A stretch of DNA of 64,000 nucleotides, taken from assembly GCF_009914755.1 (NCBI RefSeq), contig NC_060935.1. One strand, 5' to 3'. This stretch comes from the human T2T-CHM13v2.0 reference genome, Homo sapiens. Below the pieces are notes generated by a model. That model had not been told where the DNA came from. It worked only from the letters and a program-made list of their open reading frames with translations, and ran no database searches. This document shows, one piece after another, positions 41,740 to 53,012 of the stretch; within the stretch, counting starts at the first letter, position 1; every line of letters starts with the position of its first letter. A program made the position numbers and the translations under genes.

Positions 41740-42076
41740 GTGTGATTTAATCCCTAAATGTATAATTATTAAAAAGTGATGTCATCAAAAACAAAGCATG
41801 AGAAACAGCCAGGAGGAGCTAAGAAGACATGCTGATGAAAGAAACATACTGTGGTACCCTAGATGGGCTCCTGGAACAAAAGGATATTAGGGGGAAACTA
41901 AGGAAATATGAATAAACTATGGACTTTAATTAATGTACCAATATTGTCTCATTTGTTGTAAGAAATATACCACACTAATGTAAGATAATAATAATAGGGG
42001 TCTTGTGTTTTAAGATGATTAATCTGCCAGTCATGTGTAGAATGGATGCAGGAATGGGGTATATGGGAACTCTCTG
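41740..42076 (+). mobile_element. L1MC-type 3' end
   Basis: ctaaggaaatatgaataaactatggactt, taccacactaatgtaagat..aataatagggg ... ggggtatatgggaactctctg. Confidence 0.75.
41979..42048 (+). repeat. Dispersed local repeat, copy B (direct to A, 1598 bp downstream)
   Basis: tgtaagataataataataggggtcttgtgttttaagatgattaatctgccagtcatgtgtagaatggatg. Confidence 0.93.
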
Positions 42077-42078
42077 GG

Positions 42079-42334
42079 ATGTGTGTGTGTGTGTATGTGT
42101 GTGTGTAGAGATAGAGTCTGGCTGTGTCACTCAACCTGGAGTACAGTGGTGCAATCACAGCTCACTGCGGCCTCAGACTCCTGGGCTCAAGCAATCTTCC
42201 TGCCTTATCATCCAGAGTAGCTAGGACTACAGGCACACACCACCACACCTGGCTATTTTTTAAATAAAACTTTTTGTAGAGATGGAGTCTTTCTATGTTG
42301 CCCAGGTTTGTCTTGAACTTCTGGCCTCAAGTGA
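42079..42334 (-). mobile_element. Truncated AluJ with (TG)n-converted tail
   Basis: (TG)n at 42079-42106, then cacagctcactgcggcctc..ctcctgggctcaagcaatc. Confidence 0.85.
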
Positions 42335-42820
42335 TAAAGTCTATGTTTTAAAAAAACAATGTTATCTACACTCTCATTTGACATGTTAAAGTCCTGTGGT
42401 TGGTAATGACAGCTATCAAATGCTAAATGCCACCAATGTGGCAGGCACTGTTACATACATTATCACATTTGATCCTCAGAACAACCCATGAGGTCAGAAG
42501 CATTATCCCTATTTGGAGAATAGGGAAATTGAGGCTTATAGATTTCCAGCGACACAGCCTTAGTCATGTATCAAGTAAGTGACAAACCCAGGAGTTGAAC
42601 CCAGGGTCTTCTCATTACCCTGAAAGAATGCTGGTACATGTCAGATTGTCTGATTTGATTTTTACAGTAGGAAAAAATGGTTCCCTTAGCTACCACACCC
42701 TTCTGTGCTACCCATTTCTATCCTCCAGACCACAGCACCAGTTTGGGCCTTTGTTACTTCTCCTTTGCCAAACTTTGACAGCCTCTTACCCAGCCTCTCC
42801 ATCTCCACTCTCTGCATTCC

Positions 42821-42890
42821 AGTCTATTGTATACATGGCTGGCAGATTAATCATCTTAAAGCACAACATCCTTTATATTCCTCCCTTCCA
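42821..42890 (-). repeat. Dispersed local repeat, copy C (inverted)
   Basis: Reverse complement ...gatgttgtgctttaagatgattaatctgccagccatgtatacaatagact; 41/44 identical to A over the core, 54/70 overall. Confidence 0.9.
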
Positions 42891-42996
42891 AAAACCCCCT
42901 AATGCCTACTGAAAAAAATCTGAACTACCTCCTCTGCCCCAACCTTTCCATCTTTGACTTGGCCCTATACCAGTGTCCAGTGGCTCTACATCCTAA

Positions 42997-43490
42997 TGAG
43001 AGGTGAAGCCAGCTGGGCTTCTGGGTCAGGTGGGGACTTGGAGAACTTTTCTGTCTAGCTAGAGGACTGTAAACACACCAGTCAGTGCTCTGTGTCTAGC
43101 TAAAAGTTTGTAAACGCACCAATCAGTACTCTGTAAAAAAGCACCAATCAGCGCTGTGTGTCTAGCTAAAGGTTTGTAAATGCACCAATCAGCACTCTAT
43201 AAAAACGGACCAATCAGCACTCTGTAAAATAGACCAATCAGCAGGACGTGGGTGGGGCCAGATAAGGGCATAAAAGCTGGCCACCCGAGCCAGCAGTGGC
43301 AACCCACTCAGGTCCCCTGCCACACTGTGGAAGCTTTGTTCTTTCGTTCTTCACAATAAATCTTGCCACTGCTCACTCTTAGGGTCCGCACTACCTTTAA
43401 GAACTGTAACACTCACAGTGAGAGTCTGCGGCTTCATTCTTGAAGTCAGTGAGACCAAGAACCCACCGGAAGGAACCAGTTCCAGACACA
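42997..43490 (+). mobile_element. 5' LTR (LTR12 family, LTR12F-like), 494 bp
   Basis: tgagaggtgaagccagctgggc...ccagacaca; 5 intact CCAAT units, GC box, agataag, cacaataaa. Confidence 0.92.
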
Positions 43491-43493
43491 TTT

Positions 43494-43511
43494 TGGTGAC
43501 CATGAAGGGAC
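43494..43511 (+). other. Primer-binding site complementary to tRNA-Arg 3' end
   Basis: tggtgaccatgaagggac = TGGCGACCACGAAGGGAC with two CpG transitions, immediately after the 5' LTR. Confidence 0.85.
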
Positions 43512-44662
43512 TATTGCCTATTGCCAAGTGGTGAGTACCATCGGACCCCTTTCCCTTGCTATTCTGTCCTATTTTTCCTTAGAATTTGGGGGCTAAATAC
43601 TGGGCACCTATTGGCCAGTTAAAAGTGACTAGTGCGGCCACTGGACTAAAGACACAGGTCAGGCTTTCTGGGAAAGGGCTCTCTAACAACTCCCGACTCT
43701 TCGGAGTTGGGAGGGGTGGTTTGCCTGGAACCAGCTTCTGCTTTTCCTGTACTTCTGGGCTGAGCCAAGTGTCAACAGAGAGGAAAGTCATTCAGCTCTG
43801 GGGTCCTGACAACAAGTTGGTTGACCCTGCGGCCATGAGCAGAACTCTCAAAGTCATGTCACCCAAGCGAGACTCGCCCATCTATCCTATCTATCCTGAC
43901 CCTTGCCTACTGGGTCCTAATGCCTGTCAGACAAACTTCCTCTCCTCTCTCTTCTCCAAGGCTAGTCCTGCTTCTAAAAACCACTCCTTGCCTCTGGTGC
44001 TTTTCTAGTTTCTCCTATAAGAATGATTTCTAGTATAAACTTCAGGACTCTATTCCCTTCTTTAGGCACCCAGACTCACCAACCAGAAAGACATAATTTT
44101 TGCCCAAAGCTCCATCATAGCGGGGACTACCTGGAATTTTAGGATCCCTCCTCAGACAAGCAGGCCTAACAAAAGCTATTCCTGAAGCTAGGATATGGGG
44201 AGCCTCAGAAATTTTATCCTTCCTATTCATATAAGTGAGGACAAAAGGCATCACTCTTCCAACTCTGGAGTTCCTGTCCCTCCCTCAGGGTATGGCCCTC
44301 CACTTCATTTTTGGGGAAAAACATCTTTATAGGACACAAGTAAAGTCCCAATACTAACAGGAGAATGCTTAGGACTCTAACAGTTTTTCGAGAATGCATC
44401 GGTAAGGGCCACTAAATCTGATTTTTCTCGGTCCTCTTTGTGGTCTAGGAGGACAGGCAAGGGTGCGGGTTTTCGAGAATGTGTCTGCAAGGGCCACTAA
44501 ATCTGACCTTCCTTGGTCCTCCTTGTGGTCTAGGAGGAAAATTAGTGTTTCTGCTGCTGCATCAGTGAGTGCAACTATTCTGATCAGCAGGGTCCAGGGA
44601 CTGTTGCGGGTTCTTGGGCAGGGGGAGAAACAAATAACCCGTGGGTGGTTTTTGTCTTTCAG

Positions 44663-46112
44663 ATGGGATCAACAGGCTTACCGTTGAAATGCATCCTAAG
44701 CCATTGGGAGCAATTTGACCTGCAAACCCTGAAAAAGAGGCAGCTCATTTTTTTTCTGTACTACGGTCTGGCCCCAATATTCTCTCTCTGGTGGGGAAAA
44801 CTGGCCACCTGAGGGAAGTATAAATTACAATACTATCCTGCAGCTTAGCCTTTTCTGTAAGAGGGAAAGCAAATGGAGTGAAATACCTTATATCCAAGCT
44901 TTCTTTTCATTGAAGGAGAACACACAACTATGCAAAGCTTGCAATTTACATCTCATAGGAGGACCTCTCAGCTTACCCCCATATCCTATCCTCCCTATAG
45001 CTCCCCTTCGTATTAATGATAAGCCTCTTCTAATCTCCCCCACCCAGAAGGAAACAAGCAAAGAAATCTCCAAAGGACCACAAAAACCCCTGGGCTATCA
45101 GTTATGTCCCCTTCAAGTTGTAGGGGGAGAGGAATTTGGCCCAACCTGGGTACATGTCCCCTTCTCCCTCTCTGATTTAAAGCAGATCAAGGCAGACCTG
45201 GAGAAGTTTTCAGATGATCCTGATAGGTACACAGATGTCCTACAGGGTCTAGGGCAAACCTTTAATCTCACTTGGAGAGATGTCATGCTACTGTTAGATC
45301 AAACCCTGGCCTTTAATGAAAAGAATGTGGCTTTAGCTGCAGCCTGAGAGTTTGGAGATAACTGGTACCTTAGTCAAGTAAATGACAGAATGACAGCTGA
45401 AGAAAGGAACAAATTCCCTACTGGTCAGCAAGCCATCCCCAGTATGGATCCCCACTGGGATCGTGACTCACATCATGGGGACTGGAGTTGTAAACATCTG
45501 TTGACCTGTGTTCTAGAAGGACTAAGGAGAATTAAGAAAAAGCCCATGAATTATTCAATGATGTCCACCATAACTCAGGCAAAGGAAGAAAATCCTTCTG
45601 CCTTCCTCGAGTGGCTATGGGAGACCTTAGGAAAATATACTCCCCTGTCACCTGACTCACTAGAGGGTCAATTGATCCTAAAAGATAAGTTTATTACCCA
45701 ATCAGCTGCAGATATCAGGGGAAAGCTCCAAAAGTGAGCCCTGGGCTCTGAACAAAATCTGGAGACATTATTAAACCTGGCAACCTCAGTGTTCTATAAT
45801 AGGAACCAAGAGGAACAGGCTCAAAAGGAAAAGCGAGACCAGAGAAAGGCCGCAGGCTTAGTCATGGCCATCGGACAAATAAACCTTGGTGATTCAGACA
45901 GGACAGAAAATGGAGCAGGCCAATCACCCAGTAGGGCTTGTTATCTTTGTGGTTTACAGGAACACTTTAAAAAAGATTGTCCAACAAAAAAGAAGCCATC
46001 CCCTCGTCCACGTCTGCTATGTCGAGGCAATCACTGGAAAGTGCACTGCTCCAGGGTGCAATGGTTCTCTGGGCCAGAAGCCCCCAACCAGATGATCCAA
46101 CAACAGGACTGA
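44663..46112 (+). pseudogene. ERV9 gag remnant
   Basis: VHVPFSLSDLKQIK (CA), MHR-like TQAKEENPSAFLEWL, zinc knuckle CYLCGLQEHFKKDC, ends QQQD-TGA; several internal stops. Confidence 0.9.
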
Positions 46113-48394
46113 GGGTGCCCGGAGCAAGCACCAGCTCATGTCATCACCCTCACTGAGGCCCGGGTATGTTTAACCATTGAGTGCCAGGAAACTGACTTCT
46201 TCCTGGACACTAGCGCGGCCTTCTCAGTGTTAATCTCCTGTCCTGGACAACTGTCTTCAAGGTCCGTTACCATCCGAGGAATCCTGGGACAGTCTGTAAC
46301 CAGGTATTTCTTGCACCTCCTCAGTTGTAATTGGGAGACTTTGCTCTTTTCACATGCCTTTCTTGTTATGCCTGAAAGTCCCACGCCCTTATTAGGAAGG
46401 GATATATTAGCCAAAGCTGGAGCTATCATCTACATGAATATGGGGAACAAGTTACCCATTTGTTGTCCTCTACTTGAGGACGGAATCAACCCTGAAGTCT
46501 GGGCATTGGAAGGACAATTTGGAAGGGCAAAAAATGCCTGCCCAGTCCAAATCAAGCTAGAAGATCCCACCACTTTTCCTAATCAAAGGCAATATCCCTT
46601 AAAGCCTGAAGCTCATAAAGGATTACAGGATATTGTTAAACATTTAAAAGTTCAAGTCTTAGTAAGGAAATGCAGCAGTCCCTGCAACATCCCAATTCTA
46701 GGAGTACAAAAACTGAATGGTCAGTGGAGACTAGTGCAAGATCTTAGACTCATCAATGAGGCAGTAATTCCTCTATACCCAGTTGTACCCAACCCCTATA
46801 CCCTGCTCTCTCAAATACCAGAGGAAGCAGAATGGTTCACAGTTCTGGACCTCAAGGATGCCTTCTTCTCTATTCCCCTGCACTCTGACTCCCAGTTTCT
46901 CTTTGAGGATCCCACAGACCACACATCCCAACTTACGTGGACTGTCTTGCCCCAAGGGTTTAGGGATAGCCCTCATCTGTTTGGTCAGGCATTGGCCCAA
47001 GATCTAGGCCACTTCTCAAGTTCAGGCACTCGGTCCTTCAGGATGTGGATGATTTACTTTTGGCTACCGGTTCAGAAGCCTCATGCCAGCAGGCTACTCT
47101 AGATCTCTTGAACTTTCTAGCTAATCAAGGGTAAAAGGCGTTTAGGTCGAAGGCCCAGCTTTGCCTACAGCAGGTCAAATATCTAGGCCTAATCTTAGCC
47201 AGAGGAACCAGGGCCCTCAGCAAGGAACAAATACAGCCTATACTGGCTTATCCTTGCCCTAAGACATTAAAACAGTTGCGGGGGTTCCTTGGAAGCACCA
47301 GCTTTTGCCGACTATGGATCCCTGGATACAGCGAGATAGCCAGGCCCCTCTATACTCTAATCAAGGAGACCCAGAGGACAAATACTCATCTAGTAGAATG
47401 GGAAGCAGGGGCAGAAACAGGCTTCAAAACCTTAAGGCTGGCCCTAGTACAAGCTCCAGCTTTAAGCCTTGCCACAGGACAAAACTTCTCTTTATACGTC
47501 ATGGAGAGAGCAGGGATAGCTCTTGGAGTCCTTACTCAGACTCGTGGGACAACCCCACAACCAGTGGCATACCTAAGTAAGGAAATTGATGTAGTAGCAA
47601 AAGGCTGGCCTCACCATTTACAGGTAGTTGTGGCAGTGGCCGTCTCAGTGTCAGAGGCTATCAAAATAATACAAGGAAAAGATCTCACTGTCTGGACTAC
47701 TCATGATGTAAATGGCATACTAGGTGCCAAAGGAAGTTTATGGCTATCAGACAACCGTCTACTTAGATACCACCTGCTACTCCTTGAGGGACTGGTGCTT
47801 CAAATATGTACGTGCATGGCCCTCAACCCTGCCACTTTTCTCCCAGATGATGGGGAACCAATTGAGCATGATTGCCAACAAATTATAGTCCAGACTTATG
47901 CTGCCCGAGATGATCTCTTAGAAGTCCCCTTAGCTAATCCTGACCTTAACCTATATACTGATAGAAGTTCATTTGTAGAAAATGGGATATGAAGGGCAGG
48001 TTATGCCATAGTTAGTGATGTAACCAGAGTTGAAAGTAAGCCTCTTCCCTCTTCCCCCAAGGACCAGCGCCCAGTTAGCAGAACTAGTAGCACTTACCTG
48101 AGCCTTAGAACTGGGAAAGGGAAAAAGAATAAATGTGTATACAAAGAGCAAGTATGCTTATCTAATCCTACATGCTCATGCTGCAATATGGAAAGAAAGG
48201 GAGTTCCTAACCTCTGGGGGAACCCCCATTAAATACCACCAGGAAATTATGGAGTTATTACACGCAGTGCAAAACCCCAAGGAAGTGGCAGTCTTACACT
48301 GCCAAAGCCATCAGAAAGATGAGGGAGAAGAGGCAGAAGGAAACCGTCGGGCAGATGCTAAGGCCAAAATTGCTGCCAGGCAGAACCTCCCATT
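46113..48394 (+). pseudogene. ERV9 pro-pol remnant (protease, RT, RNase H; no integrase)
   Basis: FLLDTSAAFS (protease DTG mutated), WRLVQDLR, DLKDAFF, LPQGFRDSP, catalytic motif mutated to DVDD next to a frameshift, RNase H LYTDRSS ... GNRRAD. Confidence 0.9.
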
Positions 48395-49977
48395 CCTGCA
48401 AAAAACTGGGTCTTTACCAACTTAACATACCACCCTCGTTTTGAAGGAAAAGACCCTTTCCGACTTCTAAATATGCAATCATTAGCCAACTTCCCCATCT
48501 CTGATAGGACCAAGAATACCCTAACAGGACATGCGATACAACTTTTGCGTTCTTACATTTCCAACCTCACCTATTACACAAGCAATGAAAAGCCCATACA
48601 CAGCCCTGTAACTACAAATACCATCTTAACTTTCCAAGCCCCTTTATGCATCCAATGCAACCTGTTATCAGGTCTGCTCCTGGGGCACCTACTACCACAT
48701 CAGTGTAATTACACCGTACAACTTCAAGCCCCAACTGATCATAGTAACTTCCAAGTCACTCAAACAGCTCCATTCAGACGGCTTGTCCACGTCTCAGAGC
48801 CCCCCAAAATCATCACCTCCTCCCTGCTTAACAAACAGTCCAGGTTTTGTAATGGCAAACATACTCTCTGCATGACCATTCACCCCTGGACCCCCTGCAG
48901 CAGTATCCCCACCACTAGTGAATGCCATCTCATCCCCTCTTTCAATCGCTCTCTCGAATGGTTCCTAGTAGATACAAAATGGTTTTTTCTCCAATGGGAA
49001 AATAGAACACAGGGAGCCACTCAGTTTGCTCCCAACACCCCTTTCCAGCCACTCATAGCAGCTATCTTGGCAAGTATTCTAGGAGTATAGGAAAATGAAA
49101 ACAATAAACTCACACACCTTTATAACATACACAACCAGTTCTGTCTACCCAGCCAAGGTATATTCTTCTTATGTGGAATGTTGAACTATATCTGCCACCC
49201 CACTAACTGGAAGGCACCTGCACCTTAGTATTTCTAAGTCCCGACATTAACATTTCCCCAGGAAATCAGACCCTATCAGTACCCCTCAAAGCTCAAGTCT
49301 GTTAGTGCAGAGCCATACAACTAATACCCCTACTTATGGGGTTAGGAATGGCTACTGCTACAGGAACCGGAATAGTCAGTTTATCTACTTCATTATCCTA
49401 CTACCACACACTCTCAAAGGATTTCTCAGACAGTTTGCAAGAGATAACGAAATCTATCCTTATTCTACAATCCCAAATAGACTCTTTGGCAGCAGCGACT
49501 CTCCAAAACGGCCGAGGCCTAGACCTCCTCACTGCTGAGAAAGGAGGACTGTGCACCTTCTTAGGGGAAGAGTGTTGTTTTCACACTAACCATTCAGGGA
49601 TAGTATGATATGCCACCTGGCGTTTACAGGAAAAGGCTTCCAAAATCAGACAATGCCTTTCAAACTCTTATACCAACCTCTGGAGTTGGGCAACATGGCT
49701 TCTCCCCTTTCTAGGTCCCATGGCAGCCATCTTACTATTACTTGCCTTCGGGCCCTGTATTTTTAAACTCCTTGTTAAATTTGTTTCCTCTAGGATCGAG
49801 GCCATCAAGCTACAGATGGTCTTACCAATGGAACCCCAAATGAGCTCAACTAACAACTTCTACCGAGGACCCCTGGACCGACCCGCTGGTCCTTTCACTG
49901 GCCTAAAGAGTTCCCCTCTGGAGGATACTACAACTGCAGGGCCCCTTCTTTGCTCCTATCCAGCAGGAAGTAGCTAG
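48395..49977 (+). pseudogene. ERV9 env remnant (partial SU + TM)
   Basis: Fusion-peptide-like GLGMATATGTGI, ISD LQNGRGLDLLTAEKGGLC, CX6CC (CTFLGEECC), TM LLLLAFGPCIF; internal stops. Confidence 0.88.
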
Positions 49978-50033
49978 AGCAGTCATCACCCAATTCCCAA
50001 CAGCAGTTGGGGTGTCCTGTTTAGAGGGGGGAT

Positions 50034-50634
50034 TGAGAGGTGAAGCCAGCTGGGCTTCTGGGTCAGATGGGGACTTGGAGAAATTTTCTGTCTAGCTAGA
50101 GGATTGTAAACACACCAATCAGTGCTCTGTGTCTAGCTAAAGGTTTGTAAACGCACCAATCAGTACTCTGTAAAAACACAGCAACCAGCGCTCTGTGTCT
50201 ACCTAAAGGTTTGTAAATGCACCAATCAGCACTCTGTAAAAATGCACCAATCGGTGCTCTGTGTGTAGCTAAAGTTTTGTAAATGCACCAATTATCACTC
50301 TGTAAAAACGGGCCAATCAGCACTCTGTAAAATGGACCAATCAGCACTCTGTGAAATGGACCAATCAGCGCTCTGTAAAATGGACCAATCAGCAAGATGT
50401 GGGCGGGGCCAAATAAGTGAATACAAGCTGGCCACCAGAGCGGCAAGCTGCTCAGCTTCCCTTCCATGCTGTGGAAGCTTTGTTCTTTTGTTCTTCACAA
50501 TAAATCTTGCTGCTGCTCACTCTTTGGGTCCACACTACCTTTAAGAACAGTAACACTCAACACGAGGGCCCGTGGCTTCATTCTTGAAGTCAGTGAGACC
50601 AAGAACCCACCAGAAGGAATCAATTCCGGACACA
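50034..50634 (+). mobile_element. 3' LTR (LTR12 family), 601 bp
   Basis: Same termini as the 5' LTR; 9 intact CCAAT units. Confidence 0.92.
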
Positions 50635-51669
50635 CTATTTTCCAACAAGTTCTCCATCTGGCTTCTATTTTAAATTCATTAAAAGTAGGATAACATCATA
50701 TGGAATGTAAAAAATTGCCAAAACTGAGGGCAATTTATGCAACTGCTGAGATTCACTCCAGATCCTCAGAGGAACTTGCTATGTAATGAAAAAAGAGATA
50801 CACAATCCATCATCCCATCACAGGAGGCAAAATGAACTAACTTCTAGGCCAGAGGAGAGAGTAACAAGGGAGGGAAGGATTCATTACAACTGGAGGATCC
50901 TGGAAGGCTTCCTAAAAAGGGGGCATTTGAGCCTATCGGATGATTAGCTTTTGGCAAGGAAAGAAGGGAAATGGCACCCATGATTTCCTGACTCCCAGAA
51001 AGCCCCTGTCCCAGCTCTGAATGTCCCAACTGACACATTCTCCCAGGCCCTACTTATTCTCTGCACCTCCCTTGGTATACCCCACTTTTCACAATAATCA
51101 CTCTTTCTACCTTGCATTATAGTTAATTGTGTGCATGCCTTATTTCTCTTGCTAAGCCATAAGGTCTTTGAGGAAATGGAATCCATTCACTTCATTTCTG
51201 CTTCCCCATCCACTGAGCCCAGAACTGGCCCATCACCAGCTTCTAATATATGCCTGGAATGTATGGATAAATGAGTGTGAACTGGGCCAGTTTTAAAAAG
51301 TGTTCAGATTCCTTCAGACATTTATTTAATAATATGAATTAAAACATCAACTCTGTGTGAGGCATTTGTGCTAAGTGTTGAGGATAAAAGTGGTACACAT
51401 GGGCATGGGCCTACCCTCAAGAAGCCGATCACATAAAGTGGTGGCAAACACTAAATAAATGAATAAATATTTGTTGAGTTGCAATGGTGACTATTTTTAA
51501 GAAGGAAAAATAGAGAACAATGACAGATGAAATGTACCTAGATTCACAAGGTGCCAGGCACTGGGCACTACCCACGTGTTAACTCATTTGGTCCTTATCA
51601 CAGTCCTAAGAGGTACAACCTTTTTACAGATGAGAAAACTGAGACACAGGAGAGTCAAAGAACTCCCCA

Positions 51670-52450
51670 AGACTAATAGCTAGTAACTAGTGTGGCTAGT
51701 ATTATGGGAGAATTTCACAAAGGGACCTAATCTAGTCTGTCTACTTAGGGAAGGCTTTCCCAGGGAAGTGACATCAAGCTGAGGCCAGAAGGGTGAATAA
51801 AGGTGGGCCAGGCAAAGAGGCCACTGTGGGGAGTGTTTTGGGTGGGAAGGCCTGGAGGAGGCCAAGGGCTTAGCTAACTTGAAGAACTGAAAGGAAAGCA
51901 GTGAAGCTGGTGGTGAGGTAGGCAGAGGCCATGCTAAGAAATTTGTATTTTATGCTAAAAACAATGTACACTTTAAGTAGAAAAGATGATCCGACTGGAG
52001 TTTTGAAAAGCTCATCCTGGCAGCTGTAGAGGAGAATGGAGGGGGACCCTGTCTCACATATTTCCTATATGTGGTTAGGAGACAGGATGGTGAGTTGAAT
52101 TGGGTATTGGCAGTGCAGGTGGAGGGGTGTCAGATTTGCTATATTTAGGAGAGAGAAGCAAGAGAATTTGAAAATTGGTTATGGCAGCTGTGAGAAATGG
52201 AGTGTTGAAGATGGTGCTCCAGGATTCCGACTTGGGTGCACAGGTGGCTGGTGGTACATTTAGTAAGATGGGGAAGATGGAGTTCAGGTTTAAGGGGAAG
52301 ATGAAGACTGAAGTCCTGGCCGTTATGAGTTTGAAGCCCTATGAGCCATCTACGCGGAGAGAGCTGTATACGCTCTTGGATGTGTGTTTAGCGGCCAGGC
52401 TGGGGTGGAGAGGTACATGTGGGAGTTGAGGCTTGTATCTGTGGACCCAC
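51670..52450 (-). mobile_element. L2 fragment(s)
   Basis: agggaaggctttcccagggaagtgacat, ttttgaaaagctcatcctggcagctgt, gagttcaggttt motifs. Confidence 0.6.
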
Positions 52451-52522
52451 AGAGAAGGGAGCCAAGCCCTGCCCCAAGGAGCCCTCATGTTTGCAGGTCC
52501 TGCCTGCTTCAAATGTTACTGG

Positions 52523-53012
52523 TGATAACCTACATGTCACATTTGACAGGGCTTCCAAACTAAGCCATCTAAGAAAGGTCTTATGATTCATGGCTTAGAT
52601 CCTGTCCCTGAGTAAAAAATCTTACTGTGAGTCCTTCAAATCCTTTTGTCAGTTCCTCAAACTGCTGATGTACTGATTAGTATGTAAAATACTGACATTG
52701 AAAAGAACACTGACTTGTTTCTGAATCATATAAACTTTGATTTTCTTGTGCACAAAACATTTTAGCCTGTATGTTGTCATCTGCAGCCAGTGACTGTAAC
52801 CTGTGTACCATACCCTCCGATGAAAAAAATCCCACCTCTGATATAAGGGGTCCTCCTCCCTTTTCCTAAACTTTCTTCTAAAACCCTTCCAACGTGTAAC
52901 AAATTTTGAAACATGCCCAACTTTGCTGGTAAGTCTTCTTGGGTGGATCCTCACATTTAGCTTCCAATAAATCAAATTATTTCTACTTCAACAGCCTTAA
53001 TTTCCGTGGACA
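52523..53012 (+). mobile_element. Solo ERV LTR (family not assigned)
   Basis: Begins TGataacc, ends gtggaCA, AATAAA at 52966, perfect 4-bp TSD ctgg at 52519-52522 and 53013-53016. Confidence 0.7.

Larger units (their letters stand above)
42997..50634 (+). mobile_element. HERV9 (ERV9/LTR12) provirus, defective, integrase deleted
   Basis: Two TG...CA LTRs, tRNA-Arg PBS, gag/pro/RT/RNaseH/env remnants, PPT at 50021-50033; flanks ctaa / ctat (3 of 4 TSD match). Confidence 0.95.

Noticed and set aside
44384-44540. ~85-bp tandem repeat in the ERV leader
   Set aside because: Appears to be the usual duplicated leader segment of HERV9/HERV-W-group proviruses rather than a locus-specific feature.
46227-47992. 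291-aa and 238-aa ORFs as functional retroviral Pol
   Set aside because: Protease and RT catalytic motifs are mutated, with frameshifts and stops and no integrase.
48473-49977. Domesticated syncytin-like env
   Set aside because: No start or signal peptide, broken into three or more frames, stop between CX6CC and the TM anchor.
50110-50395. Regularly spaced accaatcagc repeats as a CRISPR-like array
   Set aside because: Spacers are themselves repeated (24-25 and 41 bp units); this is the LTR12 CCAAT tandem array in a eukaryotic genome with no cas genes.
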